A stretch of DNA of 58,377 bases from an uncultured Rickettsiales bacterium (GTDB lineage: Bacteria; Pseudomonadota; Alphaproteobacteria; Rickettsiales; SXRF01): NCBI GenBank assembly GCA_964487265.1, contig CAZAQK010000001.1, positions 1 through 58,377 of the forward strand, given 5' to 3'. The notes under the pieces are model-generated. The model was not told where the DNA came from. It searched no databases and saw nothing but the letters and a program-made list of their open reading frames with translations. A program made the position numbers and the translations under genes. Below, one piece after another: positions 28,580-38,007 of this stretch. Position 1 is the first letter of the stretch, and every line of letters starts with the position of its first letter.

Positions 28580-29782
28580 TTAAAATTTCATCTTGCTGAA
28601 GGACTCATACAACGGCCCGAATACCGCAGCAATCACCCAGAAAATAATTACACCCATAACAATTGTGAGCGCAGGCTGTATCATGCCGACCATGGCTTCC
28701 ACCGCATCGTTTACTTCGCGGTTGTAGAAAAAGTTCACATTTTCCAGTGCTTCGGTCATGTTACCGCTGTCTTCGCCGACCTTGAACATACGGATCACCA
28801 GATTCGGGAACTGATTGGAAAGCCTGAGCGACGATGTGAGGCTATTACCTTCCATGACGTTGGTTTTCACCAGCTCGACCGAATCCTTGAGCACACGGTT
28901 GCCCACCACGCCCCTGGCTGCTTCCAGCGATTCCAATATATCGATACCACTGTTGAACATAACCGAGAAAAAGTGCGTAAAACGCGCCATGTCCAGCTTG
29001 CGTATCACCCCGCCAATAACAGGCACGTGCAGCATGAATGCATCCATGCGGTACGCGAAACCCTCGGAAAACCGATACATAATCATGATCAAAATCAGCA
29101 AAAAAGCAGGAACCCCAAGTATCAGATACCAATAATGCTGGAATGCGTAAGATACTGCAATCAGCGCACGGGTATGGATAGGAATATTGAAACCCTGCGA
29201 AACAATGAAATCCACTAGCTTGGGCACGACAAACAGCATAAGCACCGTGATCACGATGGAGATCACAATGACAAGTGCTATCGGATAACGCGTGGCTTTT
29301 TTGACTTTCCTGCGAATATCTGCGGTCCATTTTAAATGTTCCGTCAGGTGCATGAAAGAATCAGCGAGATTACCCGTTTTTTCCCCCGCGGCTACCAGGC
29401 CAACAAACACATTGCTGAACACTTTCGGATAAGCCGCAAATGCTTTGGAAAGCATGCTGCCGTTTTTGACCGACTCATAGACACCGGTCAGGATATCGCG
29501 CAGCTTGTCGGATTCCGTGGAGTCACGCACGTCTGCCAGCGCGTCATGCAGGGGCACCCCTGCCCTGTCCAGTTGCTCAAGATGCATACACAGGATAATC
29601 ATATCCTTGAGTTTGATGCTGCCAAAACGCGATGTTTTCTTAACGCGTGTCAGACGCGCATCAACCAGGTCAAGTCCCAGCTGCTTCAGGCGTGATTCAA
29701 GATCCAGCTCATTATCGGCTACGACGACACCCCGCATTTTGCGGCCTGCCGGGTTGATTGCTACATAGTTATAAATCGGCAT
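28580..29782 (-). CDS. pilC: type IV pilus platform protein PilC (GspF family)
   Basis: 400 aa with two GspF repeats and 3 TM helices. It lies 2 nt downstream of pilB. Confidence 0.9.
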   Translation of the reverse strand: MPIYNYVAINPAGRKMRGVVVADNELDLESRLKQLGLDLVDARLTRVKKTSRFGSIKLKDMIILCMHLEQLDRAGVPLHDALADVRDSTESDKLRDILTGVYESVKNGSMLSKAFAAYPKVFSNVFVGLVAAGEKTGNLADSFMHLTEHLKWTADIRRKVKKATRYPIALVIVISIVITVLMLFVVPKLVDFIVSQGFNIPIHTRALIAVSYAFQHYWYLILGVPAFLLILIMIMYRFSEGFAYRMDAFMLHVPVIGGVIRKLDMARFTHFFSVMFNSGIDILESLEAARGVVGNRVLKDSVELVKTNVMEGNSLTSSLRLSNQFPNLVIRMFKVGEDSGNMTEALENVNFFYNREVNDAVEAMVGMIQPALTIVMGVIIFWVIAAVFGPLYESFSKMKF

Positions 29783-29784
29783 GC

Positions 29785-31551
29785 TTACAACCTGTCTGTA
29801 AGGTCGATAGTGTTGATGAGTTCGTCAATGGTAATTTCACCCGCCAGCACTTTGTTGATGCCATCCTGCTGCATGGTGATAAAGCCATTACTTAGCGCAT
29901 AATCCGCCATAATTTTTCGCGTTGCATTGGTAGCGATAAGCTCGTCAAAGGCACGATCGATGCGCAACACCTCTACAATAGCCGTTCTCCCCTTCACTCC
30001 CTTGCGTGAACATTTCTCACAACCGATGGCATCATAAATATCAGGAGCTTTGGCAGCATCGACACCCAGGATTTTACATTCTTCTGCCGTTGCCTTGCGG
30101 GCCTTGCGGCAGTGCACACATAATTTGCGCGCCAAGCGTTGCGCGAGACAGCCTATGAGGGAGCCCGCCAGAAGATGCGACGGAATACCAATATCGTTCA
30201 AACGTGGAATTGCCCCAAGTGCATCGTTGGTATGCAGCGTAGTATAAACCTGGTGACCGGTAAGTGCTGCGCGCACCGCCATCAGTGCTGTATCTTCGTC
30301 GCGTACCTCACCGATAAAGATGATGTCAGGGTCCTGGCGCATCATCGACTTGATACCGTTGGTGAAATCCATGCCGGTACCTTCACGCACGTTACTCTGG
30401 CGGATAAGCGGCAGCTGGTATTCCACCGGGTCTTCCAGTGTCATGATGTTGGTGTCGATGGAATTGATGTAATTCAGTACCGAGTATAGCGTGGTAGTTT
30501 TACCAGAACCAGTCGGGCCGGTTACGATGATGATACCTTCCGGACGCTTGATCATGCGCTTGAGTATTGCCGTATTGTAATCAGAGAACCCAAGATTTTC
30601 CAGAGGTACCAGCGATTTTGCCTTATCGAGCAGACGCATCACGATATTCTCACCGTGAACGGTCGGCTGTGTTGCCACACGGAAATCGATCTCGCGGCCA
30701 AGCACCGTGTAGGTAATGCGGCCGTCCTGTGGATTACGCGTTTCAGCGATATTCATGCCTGACATAATCTTGATACGCACCGCCATCGCCGCCCAGTAAT
30801 CCAGATGGAGGGAACGAACCTGCACCATGTTACCATCGATACGGTAGCGCAGGCGCAGGAACGAGCCTTCCGGCTCAAAGTGGATATCTGACGCGCCCTG
30901 CTTAATGGCATCCACAAGCAGCGCATTCACCAGGCGCACTGTCGGGTTGACGTAGCCTTCCTGCCGGCCATCGAGCTTTGTGTGCTCGCGGATACCGGTT
31001 TCAATTTCTTTCAGGATCCCGTCGATCGAGATCTCGTAATCGTAATACTGGTCGATGAGCTCAAGGATTTCCGATTCCGTGCAGAATATCGGTACGATCT
31101 TGGCGTTACGCGGCACGTGCCTTCGCACCTGGTCGATCGCAAGCACGTTATACACATCCGCCATCGCCAGCTTAAGCATATCATTTTCGTAAGAAACCGG
31201 CAGCACCTTGTGGCGCACGGCAATTTCCTTCGGCAGCCGGCGTACAATTGCCGAATCGAGCACGGCGGATTTCGGATCGAATTTCTGCGTGCCGGATGAT
31301 TCGGCAAGCACCTCGCCCAGTGCAGATTCCGTGATGAATCCCATCTCGACAAGAATGGCACCGAAAAGTTTTTTGCTGGTCTTTTGCTCGGTCAGTACGA
31401 TCTGCAACTGGTCAGGCGAAATAAGGCCAAGCGACAACAGCTTCTCACCGATACGCATGGGTTTTGCCGGCTTGGCTGCGCCTTCGGCAGGTTCTGCGCC
31501 CGCATCGTCTAATGGGATTTTATCGCCTTCCTTTGACTTATCGGCAGTCAT
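29785..31551 (-). CDS. pilB: type IV pilus assembly ATPase PilB (GspE family) with MshEN-type N-terminal domain
   Basis: 588 aa with Walker A GPTGSGKTTT, Asp/His boxes and the tetracysteine motif CVHCRK...CEKCSRKG. It has an N-terminal T2SSE_N domain. Confidence 0.92.
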   Translation of the reverse strand: MTADKSKEGDKIPLDDAGAEPAEGAAKPAKPMRIGEKLLSLGLISPDQLQIVLTEQKTSKKLFGAILVEMGFITESALGEVLAESSGTQKFDPKSAVLDSAIVRRLPKEIAVRHKVLPVSYENDMLKLAMADVYNVLAIDQVRRHVPRNAKIVPIFCTESEILELIDQYYDYEISIDGILKEIETGIREHTKLDGRQEGYVNPTVRLVNALLVDAIKQGASDIHFEPEGSFLRLRYRIDGNMVQVRSLHLDYWAAMAVRIKIMSGMNIAETRNPQDGRITYTVLGREIDFRVATQPTVHGENIVMRLLDKAKSLVPLENLGFSDYNTAILKRMIKRPEGIIIVTGPTGSGKTTTLYSVLNYINSIDTNIMTLEDPVEYQLPLIRQSNVREGTGMDFTNGIKSMMRQDPDIIFIGEVRDEDTALMAVRAALTGHQVYTTLHTNDALGAIPRLNDIGIPSHLLAGSLIGCLAQRLARKLCVHCRKARKATAEECKILGVDAAKAPDIYDAIGCEKCSRKGVKGRTAIVEVLRIDRAFDELIATNATRKIMADYALSNGFITMQQDGINKVLAGEITIDELINTIDLTDRL

Positions 31552-31664
31552 AAATGTCGCGGCAAATCAGATTGTTAACGAGTGAACAAGTTACTCCAAT
31601 CTGCATTAGAGCCCAAAAAGATTGAGAATCAGTTAACGTATTGAGTTTACAGCTATTACTCTAT

Positions 31665-34600
31665 TCAGGCCGCACTTGCGCGCAGTTGCAGCTTTTTGAG
31701 GCAGAAATCCACCCACTGTGCCGTGAGTTTTTCCTGCACGGAGTTCTGCCTGAGGCGGTCACTCAGGTGTGGGAAATCCACATGGTCCAGAGGCTGATCC
31801 TGATTGAAGCAGGAATAGACATAATACTCCCTGCCGGTTGCTGGATCGATATGTTTCTGCAGGCACTGCGCGCATATCTCTTTCATCATGCACTGCATCG
31901 GCGAGTTGATACTGCCAATAGCCACATGGTCTGACTTCAAATAAGGCTTAAGTACACTGTGACGAGCGGCACCCACTGCCGCCATCATGCGGTCAGAGCC
32001 GATGGCGATGATGTGGTTGATAGTGTCCAGCGGCCAGTGGCCAGTGACCAGTTTTCCACTCGCATAGGCAACCATCGCCTCGACAATATTACCCTTATAA
32101 CTCATATCCTGCGGGCGGTTTTTGGAAAGTTCGGCCTCATCGCAGCACCAGACAATAACATCCGCTGCCTGCTCGATTTCCTCGATCTTGTAGCGGTCGA
32201 TGGCCTTTTTATATCCGGCGAAATAGAGCACCTTCGAGCCTTTTGCCCTCAGTGCCTTGCCGATGGAAAAGAGCACGGCATTACCCAGCCCGCCGCCAAC
32301 CAGCATGACATGTTCATTGGCAGGAATTTCTGTGGGTGTACCCGTCGGGCCCATGAGAATGACTGGTTCTCCATTCTTCAAATGCGCGCACAGATCAGAT
32401 GAACCGCCCATTTCCAGCGCGATAACAGAAATAAGCCCTTTGTCCTTATCCACCCATGCACCCGTCATGGCCAGGCCTTCCATGGCAAGTGTAGTGGCTG
32501 ATATTTTCAGTGCATGTGCCTCAAAATTCTGCAGGCGATAGAACTGCCCGGGCTGGAATTGCTGCGCTGCAAGCGGTGCATGCATCACCACCTCGATAAT
32601 GTTCGGTGTCAGGCGATTCACCGCATGTACGGTAGCGCGTAACTGCTGATTTATTTTTGTTATAAATTCTGAACTCTGCACTCTGAACTCTGCACTCTTC
32701 CTTCTTGCAAGCGCAGCTGTCACCACCGGATAGCCCTGCTTCGCACTGCCCATGGCCTTCACCACATTACCGGCAAATGACGGATGCAGGTCACCAAAGA
32801 AGCTCACACTCCTGCCTTCTTCATCAATCGACATCAGCACATGCACGTCTTTTGGTTTCGATACGCGCTCAGGTTTTACATGGTTTCCGCTGGCATCCAC
32901 TGCCTTGAAATATTTGCCATCGAGCGCGAAGTGCTCGGGATCTTCACGTTGCAGCACTGTGTTAGGGTTCGTACCCGCTGCAATCAAAATGGTGCGGGCG
33001 GGAATGGTGATGGTATCATTCTCCGTACCCGCTTTCTTCAGTGTAATGCTGCTGGCATAGCCAGATTTATCACATCCGATCGCCTGCGGCTCGAAAAGCT
33101 CCGAGAAAAAGATCCCCTCTTCAAATGCTTTCTCTACTTCTTCATGATTCAGGCGGTAACTCGGCGCATCGATCAGCCGTTTGCGGTAAATGAGTTTTAC
33201 CCCACCCCATGCATCAAGCAAACTCCAGACATCCGGTTTTTCTTTTTTCTTTTCTTCACGAATAGCACGGCCATGCGCCAAAAATTCCTCGGCAATCAGT
33301 GTATCTTCCTCACTCCAGCTTTTACGCACCGCTGCTTCGCCGCGCTCTGCAACTAACGCTTCATAACGCGCAAGGAATTTTTCCACCTGCACAGGATAAT
33401 AGGCAAGTGATTCGGTTGCCGTATCAATGGCAGTCAAACCCCCGCCGATCACCACTACCGGCAGGCGCACCTGCAAATTGGCGATGGAATCCTTTTTCGC
33501 GGCACCGGTAAGCTGCAATGCCATCAGGAAATCTGAAGCCGTGCGCACGCCGCGAGAAAGGCCGCCGGGCATATCGATCAGTGTTGGTTTGCCTGCTCCC
33601 ATGCAGAGCGCAATGTGGTCAAAGCCCAGTGCAAAAGCATTCTCATACGTAAGCGATGAACCAAAACGCACCCCGCCGATCATCGCAAATTGCTCGCGCC
33701 GCTCAAGCAGCAGGCGGATGATCTTCAGGTAATTCTTATCCCAGCGCACCGTGATGCCATATTCGGCAACGCCACCAAAGCCCGCCAGCGTGCGCTCATC
33801 GAGTGATTCATAAATGGTGTTGATGTCTTTAATGGGTTCAAACGGCACACGCGTACCAAGTGCTGTTACGCCGGAAATATTTTCTGCCACCGGCTCGATT
33901 TTAAGCCCATCGATGCCAACCACCGTATGCCCATCATTTATCAGGTGATGTGCCAGCGTATAACCCGCAGGGCCAAGGCCTGCCACCAGCACGTTGCGGC
34001 CAGTATCTGCCTTGGGCAGCGGCCGTTCCAGATTCAGCGGATTCCAGCGTGTGAGCAGTGAATAGATTTCGAACCCATATGGCAATTTTAACACATCCTT
34101 CAACACATGCGTTTCCACCAGCGGGATATTCACCGGCTCCTGCTTCTGGTAAATGCAGGATTTCATGCAATCATTACAGATGCGATGCCCCGTGCCGGCA
34201 CACATGGGGTTATCCACCGTCACCATCGCCAGTGCACCAAGCGGCACACCTTCCGATTTCAGCATGTTCATTTCAGATATTTTTTCTTCGAGCGGGCAAC
34301 CGGCAAGCGTAATGTTGAGCGCATTTTTCTTATAAGCAGTGGCTGGAGTTTGGAGTTTAGAGTTTGGCAAAGACATCTCTTCACCAGACTCTAAACTCAA
34401 ACCACCAACCACTTTCTCCTTCATGCCTTTTGAGCAGGAATCTTTGCCCTGATTGTGGCAGAAGATGCAGTAATTCGCATGGTCGAGTGCTTGCTGTAAT
34501 GTACCAGCATCATCAGTAAGCTTAAAGCCATCGCGTGCGCGCAGATGGTGTTTGTGGGAGCGCATCACCGTCACGCCATCACGCAGTTCCGTTTCTACTG

Positions 34601-35195
34601 CTACTAAATTCTCTGCATCTAATTTACGCGGAGATTTAAATAAAATCCCGCCTGCATGCCGCGCCCGCCCTGTTTCCGTAAGCAATGCCCACGCGGCATA
34701 ACGCGCCGCCATCTCGAGCAATGATTTATGCTGCGCCTCATTTTCCAGCCAACCCATCACCGTCTTAGCGAATGCCAGTTCAAAGAATTCATCCTGCACC
34801 GGCACAAGTGGAAGCATCTGCAAGATCGCATCGGCATTTAAGCGTTCTGCTTCCTCCTGCTTCAGTGCTTTCGCAGCACGCCGCTGCACAAATAAACGCT
34901 TGCAGGCATAGAGCGGTGCCAGCGTATGATGCCACTCGGCAAGTTTCTGCACTTCTGTTTCAATACCAAACAGTTTGGCAATAAAATCTTCCGCATACGG
35001 CGCAATATCAATAAGTAATTGCGAATACGCCTTGTCATCCAGCGAGGCTCTCTCCGCGCGTGCTGCCACAAAACGATTGAAGAGCTCAATATCAGCTGCC
35101 TTCAGTTCATCACAAAAAATACCGTCGAGCTTCACCAACCCATCGCGATGATAGAATTCATCAAATCGTATTTCAAAGCCGAACTGTTTATTCAT
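31665..35195 (-). CDS. large fused flavo-iron-sulfur oxidoreductase (unknown N-domain + GltD/SudA-like + PyrK/SudB-like)
   Basis: 1176 aa. Cys clusters CIFCHNQGKDSC and CAGTGHRICNDCMKSC. Two Rossmann motifs, VLVAGLGPAGYTLA and VVVIGGGLTAIDTA. An FNR-like module follows (RLTPNIIEV ... VMLVGGGLGNAV) with a C-terminal 2Fe-2S-type Cys motif CMMKEICAQC...SC. It starts 6 nt after the cysNC stop. Confidence 0.75.
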   Translation of the reverse strand: MNKQFGFEIRFDEFYHRDGLVKLDGIFCDELKAADIELFNRFVAARAERASLDDKAYSQLLIDIAPYAEDFIAKLFGIETEVQKLAEWHHTLAPLYACKRLFVQRRAAKALKQEEAERLNADAILQMLPLVPVQDEFFELAFAKTVMGWLENEAQHKSLLEMAARYAAWALLTETGRARHAGGILFKSPRKLDAENLVAVETELRDGVTVMRSHKHHLRARDGFKLTDDAGTLQQALDHANYCIFCHNQGKDSCSKGMKEKVVGGLSLESGEEMSLPNSKLQTPATAYKKNALNITLAGCPLEEKISEMNMLKSEGVPLGALAMVTVDNPMCAGTGHRICNDCMKSCIYQKQEPVNIPLVETHVLKDVLKLPYGFEIYSLLTRWNPLNLERPLPKADTGRNVLVAGLGPAGYTLAHHLINDGHTVVGIDGLKIEPVAENISGVTALGTRVPFEPIKDINTIYESLDERTLAGFGGVAEYGITVRWDKNYLKIIRLLLERREQFAMIGGVRFGSSLTYENAFALGFDHIALCMGAGKPTLIDMPGGLSRGVRTASDFLMALQLTGAAKKDSIANLQVRLPVVVIGGGLTAIDTATESLAYYPVQVEKFLARYEALVAERGEAAVRKSWSEEDTLIAEEFLAHGRAIREEKKKEKPDVWSLLDAWGGVKLIYRKRLIDAPSYRLNHEEVEKAFEEGIFFSELFEPQAIGCDKSGYASSITLKKAGTENDTITIPARTILIAAGTNPNTVLQREDPEHFALDGKYFKAVDASGNHVKPERVSKPKDVHVLMSIDEEGRSVSFFGDLHPSFAGNVVKAMGSAKQGYPVVTAALARRKSAEFRVQSSEFITKINQQLRATVHAVNRLTPNIIEVVMHAPLAAQQFQPGQFYRLQNFEAHALKISATTLAMEGLAMTGAWVDKDKGLISVIALEMGGSSDLCAHLKNGEPVILMGPTGTPTEIPANEHVMLVGGGLGNAVLFSIGKALRAKGSKVLYFAGYKKAIDRYKIEEIEQAADVIVWCCDEAELSKNRPQDMSYKGNIVEAMVAYASGKLVTGHWPLDTINHIIAIGSDRMMAAVGAARHSVLKPYLKSDHVAIGSINSPMQCMMKEICAQCLQKHIDPATGREYYVYSCFNQDQPLDHVDFPHLSDRLRQNSVQEKLTAQWVDFCLKKLQLRASAA
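32671..32698. repeat. four tandem heptamers (GAACTCT GCACTCT GAACTCT GCACTCT) inside the oxidoreductase CDS
   Basis: Read directly from the sequence. It is translated (minus strand) within the segment RRKSAEFRVQSSEFITK, at the junction of the GltD-like and PyrK-like modules. Confidence 0.85.
34341..34410. repeat. hairpin with heptamer-periodic arms (GGAGTTT units) inside the oxidoreductase CDS
   Basis: Arms 34341-34367 / 34384-34410 give 22 Watson-Crick pairs + 1 G-T of 27, with a 16-nt loop. It is in frame and translated within the segment GGLSLESGEEMSLPNSKLQTP. Confidence 0.85.
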
Positions 35196-35201
35196 ACTAC
35201 A

Positions 35202-37169
35202 CTAAATACCTGTTCCTTCATAATCTCCACTGCCAGCGTCATCGAATGCCAGGTTCTTCACCGGATCCACCAGATAATGCTCAACATATTTCACCAGTGC
35301 ATTTACACAAGCCACAATGCTTTGTGCCTCTGTATCCAGCACGATATCCGGATTTTCCGGTTCTTCATACGGCGCACTGATACCAGTGAAATCCTTTATC
35401 TCCCCTACACGCGCTTTCTTATACAGTCCTTTTACATCGCGCGCTTCGCACGCTTCCACCGATGCTTTCACATAGACATTGTGGAAAAAATCCGGTGCAA
35501 CGGCACGCGCCTTCCTGCGATCTTCGCGGTAAGGTGAGATGAATGATGTGATCACGATAGTACCAGACTGCGCAAAGAGTGCAGCAACCTCTGCAACACG
35601 GCGGATATTTTCGCTACGGTCTTCCGGCGAGAATCCAAGGTCACGGTTCAAACCTTTGCGGATAGAATCACCATCCAGCACGAACACATTGTAACCCTTA
35701 TCAAACAGGCGCTTCTGCAGCTGTACGGCAATAGTGGATTTACCGGAACCAGAAAGGCCGGTGAACCACAGCACGCCCCCAAAATGCCCATTTTGCAATG
35801 CACGCTGGCGTACATCCACGCCAAAATCCGTTTCGGAAAGATTCTTGGATTTAACCTGCGACTGCATGGCAGCTCGCTGGTCATAGAACCCTTCCATGCT
35901 GATGATGCCGCCACCTGCCACATCATAATCCTGCAATATCACGAACCGGCCAAGCTGCGGGTTAGTGCCAAATTCATCAAGTGCCACCACACTGCGTGTG
36001 CGAAGCACTACTTCCGCCACGTTATTTCGCTCCACGCGATTAGCAGGCAATTGCGCCAGCGTATCCGCATCGATCACATGCTCGATGGCTTTGATCTCTG
36101 CCATCACTGATGCCGTGCCGAGCTTTATTTTGTAACGTTTGCCCTGCTCTAGTGGCCGCTGCCCCAGCCAGAAGATATGTGCGCGGAACACGTTGGTAAG
36201 CATCGGCGCGTTCGCTTCATGGCTTGCCACATGCCCACGCTCCACAAATATCTGGTCAGCAAGTGTAATGCCCACACTCTGGCCTGCATACGCTTCTTTC
36301 ACAGTGCCATTCTGTGGCCAACTCTCAATGCTTGCTACTTTCACATTGGTATTGCTTGGGGAAAATACCAGCATATCTCCTACCTTGAGCGAACCGCTTT
36401 CAATGCGCCCGGCGATGATCCGCCGCTCATCGAACTTATACACATCCTGCACTGGAAAGCGCAGAGGTTTGCTGGTATCTGCCGAAGCCACATCAAAATG
36501 CTCCAGCGCATCAAGTACCGCATCACCTTTATACCATTTCAGGTTCTGCGTGATTTCCGCGATACCATCGCCCTCACGTGCTGAAACCGGAATGAAGCAG
36601 GTCGGCTCCACGCCAACCGTCTTCAAATAGGCACGATATTCTTTTTCAATTGCCGCAAAAATTTTCTGGTCGTAACCCACCATATCCATTTTGTTGACGA
36701 TAACGGCGATCTGGCGAACACCTAGCAAATGCAACAAATATCCGTGCCTTTTACTTTGCTCGCGTATGCCTTCCTTGGCATCGATAATGAGCAGTGCAGC
36801 ATCTGCCTGTGCGGCACCGGTTATCATATTTTTCAGGAATTCCTTGTGGCCGGGCGCATCGATGATGACCACATCGCGGTGCTTGGTGCGCAACCATATC
36901 TGTGTAGTATCAATAGTGATGCCCTGATCGCGCTCGGCCTGCAGCGCATCAAGCAAAAATGACCATTCAAACGGCATGCCGCGCTTTTTACAGCTGGCCT
37001 GAATGGCTTCAAATTTTCCATCGGGCAGCGAATGCGTATCGTGCAACAGACGACCAACCAGTGTTGATTTTCCATGATCGACATGGCCAACAATCACCAG
37101 CTTCAATTGCTGGCGGACGGTATGTGAGCTGAATAATTTTTTGAGTGGGTTCATATTACATGTATCCAT
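35202..37169 (-). CDS. cysNC: bifunctional sulfate adenylyltransferase subunit 1 / adenylylsulfate kinase (CysN-CysC fusion)
   Basis: GTPase motifs GHVDHGKST and DAPGH. The C-terminal APS kinase has the P-loop [11 protein letters not shown]. An alternative in-frame start at 37154 lies 1 nt after the cysD stop. Confidence 0.93.
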   Translation of the reverse strand: MDTCNMNPLKKLFSSHTVRQQLKLVIVGHVDHGKSTLVGRLLHDTHSLPDGKFEAIQASCKKRGMPFEWSFLLDALQAERDQGITIDTTQIWLRTKHRDVVIIDAPGHKEFLKNMITGAAQADAALLIIDAKEGIREQSKRHGYLLHLLGVRQIAVIVNKMDMVGYDQKIFAAIEKEYRAYLKTVGVEPTCFIPVSAREGDGIAEITQNLKWYKGDAVLDALEHFDVASADTSKPLRFPVQDVYKFDERRIIAGRIESGSLKVGDMLVFSPSNTNVKVASIESWPQNGTVKEAYAGQSVGITLADQIFVERGHVASHEANAPMLTNVFRAHIFWLGQRPLEQGKRYKIKLGTASVMAEIKAIEHVIDADTLAQLPANRVERNNVAEVVLRTRSVVALDEFGTNPQLGRFVILQDYDVAGGGIISMEGFYDQRAAMQSQVKSKNLSETDFGVDVRQRALQNGHFGGVLWFTGLSGSGKSTIAVQLQKRLFDKGYNVFVLDGDSIRKGLNRDLGFSPEDRSENIRRVAEVAALFAQSGTIVITSFISPYREDRRKARAVAPDFFHNVYVKASVEACEARDVKGLYKKARVGEIKDFTGISAPYEEPENPDIVLDTEAQSIVACVNALVKYVEHYLVDPVKNLAFDDAGSGDYEGTGI

Positions 37170-37995
37170 CGGCTCTTAGTCGCTCAAAGCTCGATTCATC
37201 CTCATCCGCACCCATCGGGCGGCCTGAACGTTCGGACACTTTGGTAGTTTTTAGTTCTTCGATGATTGCATCGATCGTTGCAGCACCGCTTGCAATCGGC
37301 CAGGTGATACCTCTCTCACCAAGTGAACGAAAACGCATCATCTGCCCATTGAAACTCCGACCTTCAAATTCATGATAAACCCGCGCGAAATATAGCGGCA
37401 CAATGGGGATATTTTCACGTTTGATATATTGCCAGATATCCAGCTCCGTCCAGTGCAGGAGCGGATGGATACGAAGCGACGTGCCGGGTGCAAAATCCGT
37501 TTTATACTGATCCCAGAATTCCGGTGGTTGCTCTTTCACATCCCATCCACCTTCCACGCCACGTGGCGAGAACACGCGTTCTTTCGCGCGCGTTGCTTCT
37601 TCATCACGGCGAATGCCTGCTATCACACCAGTGAACCCATGACGTTCCAATACCTGCTTCAAACCCAGCGTTTTACGGGATGCCACGCGGGCAGCATGTG
37701 GCAATGAATTATCGGTTTCTTCCAGCGGTGGGCATACGGGAGCTATTAAATTGATGTTCCACTCTTTCACATATTTATCACGGAAAGCATAGACCTCTTC
37801 CATTTCCAGTTCGGTATCGCAGTGAATAAGTGGAAACGGTACCTGCCCGAAAAATGCTTTGCGTGCTAAGTGGATCATCACGTTGGAATCTTTGCCGAAA
37901 GACCACAACATGGCGAGCTTGTCGATGGCGTTGAAAGCCTCGCGGAAGATGTAGATGGATTGTGCTTCTAATTGGTCAAGATGGTTGTGGGTCAT
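37156..37995 (-). CDS. cysD: sulfate adenylyltransferase subunit 2
   Basis: 279 aa with [21 protein letters not shown] and the PP-loop family pattern. Its ATG forms an ATGA overlap with the stop of the preceding four-helix-bundle ORF. Confidence 0.94.
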   Translation of the reverse strand: MTHNHLDQLEAQSIYIFREAFNAIDKLAMLWSFGKDSNVMIHLARKAFFGQVPFPLIHCDTELEMEEVYAFRDKYVKEWNINLIAPVCPPLEETDNSLPHAARVASRKTLGLKQVLERHGFTGVIAGIRRDEEATRAKERVFSPRGVEGGWDVKEQPPEFWDQYKTDFAPGTSLRIHPLLHWTELDIWQYIKRENIPIVPLYFARVYHEFEGRSFNGQMMRFRSLGERGITWPIASGAATIDAIIEELKTTKVSERSGRPMGADEDESSFERLRADGYM

Positions 37996-38007
37996 TGGTC
38001 ATTAGTC
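37991..38007. repeat. left arm of inverted repeat bracketing the four-helix-bundle ORF (GGTCATT heptamer units)
   Basis: GTCATTGGTCATTAGTC is complementary at 15/17 positions to 38351-38367. It contains the cysD start codon and the stop of the four-helix-bundle ORF. Confidence 0.8.

Noticed and set aside
31572-31637. GTTAAC-containing motifs (TTGTTAAC at 31572-31579, GTTAAC at 31632-31637) upstream of pilB, as copies of the 42325-42344 operator.
   Set aside because: Only the 6-8 nt core is shared. GTTAAC is expected by chance several times in a window this size, especially in AT-rich spacers. There is not enough evidence for a common regulator.
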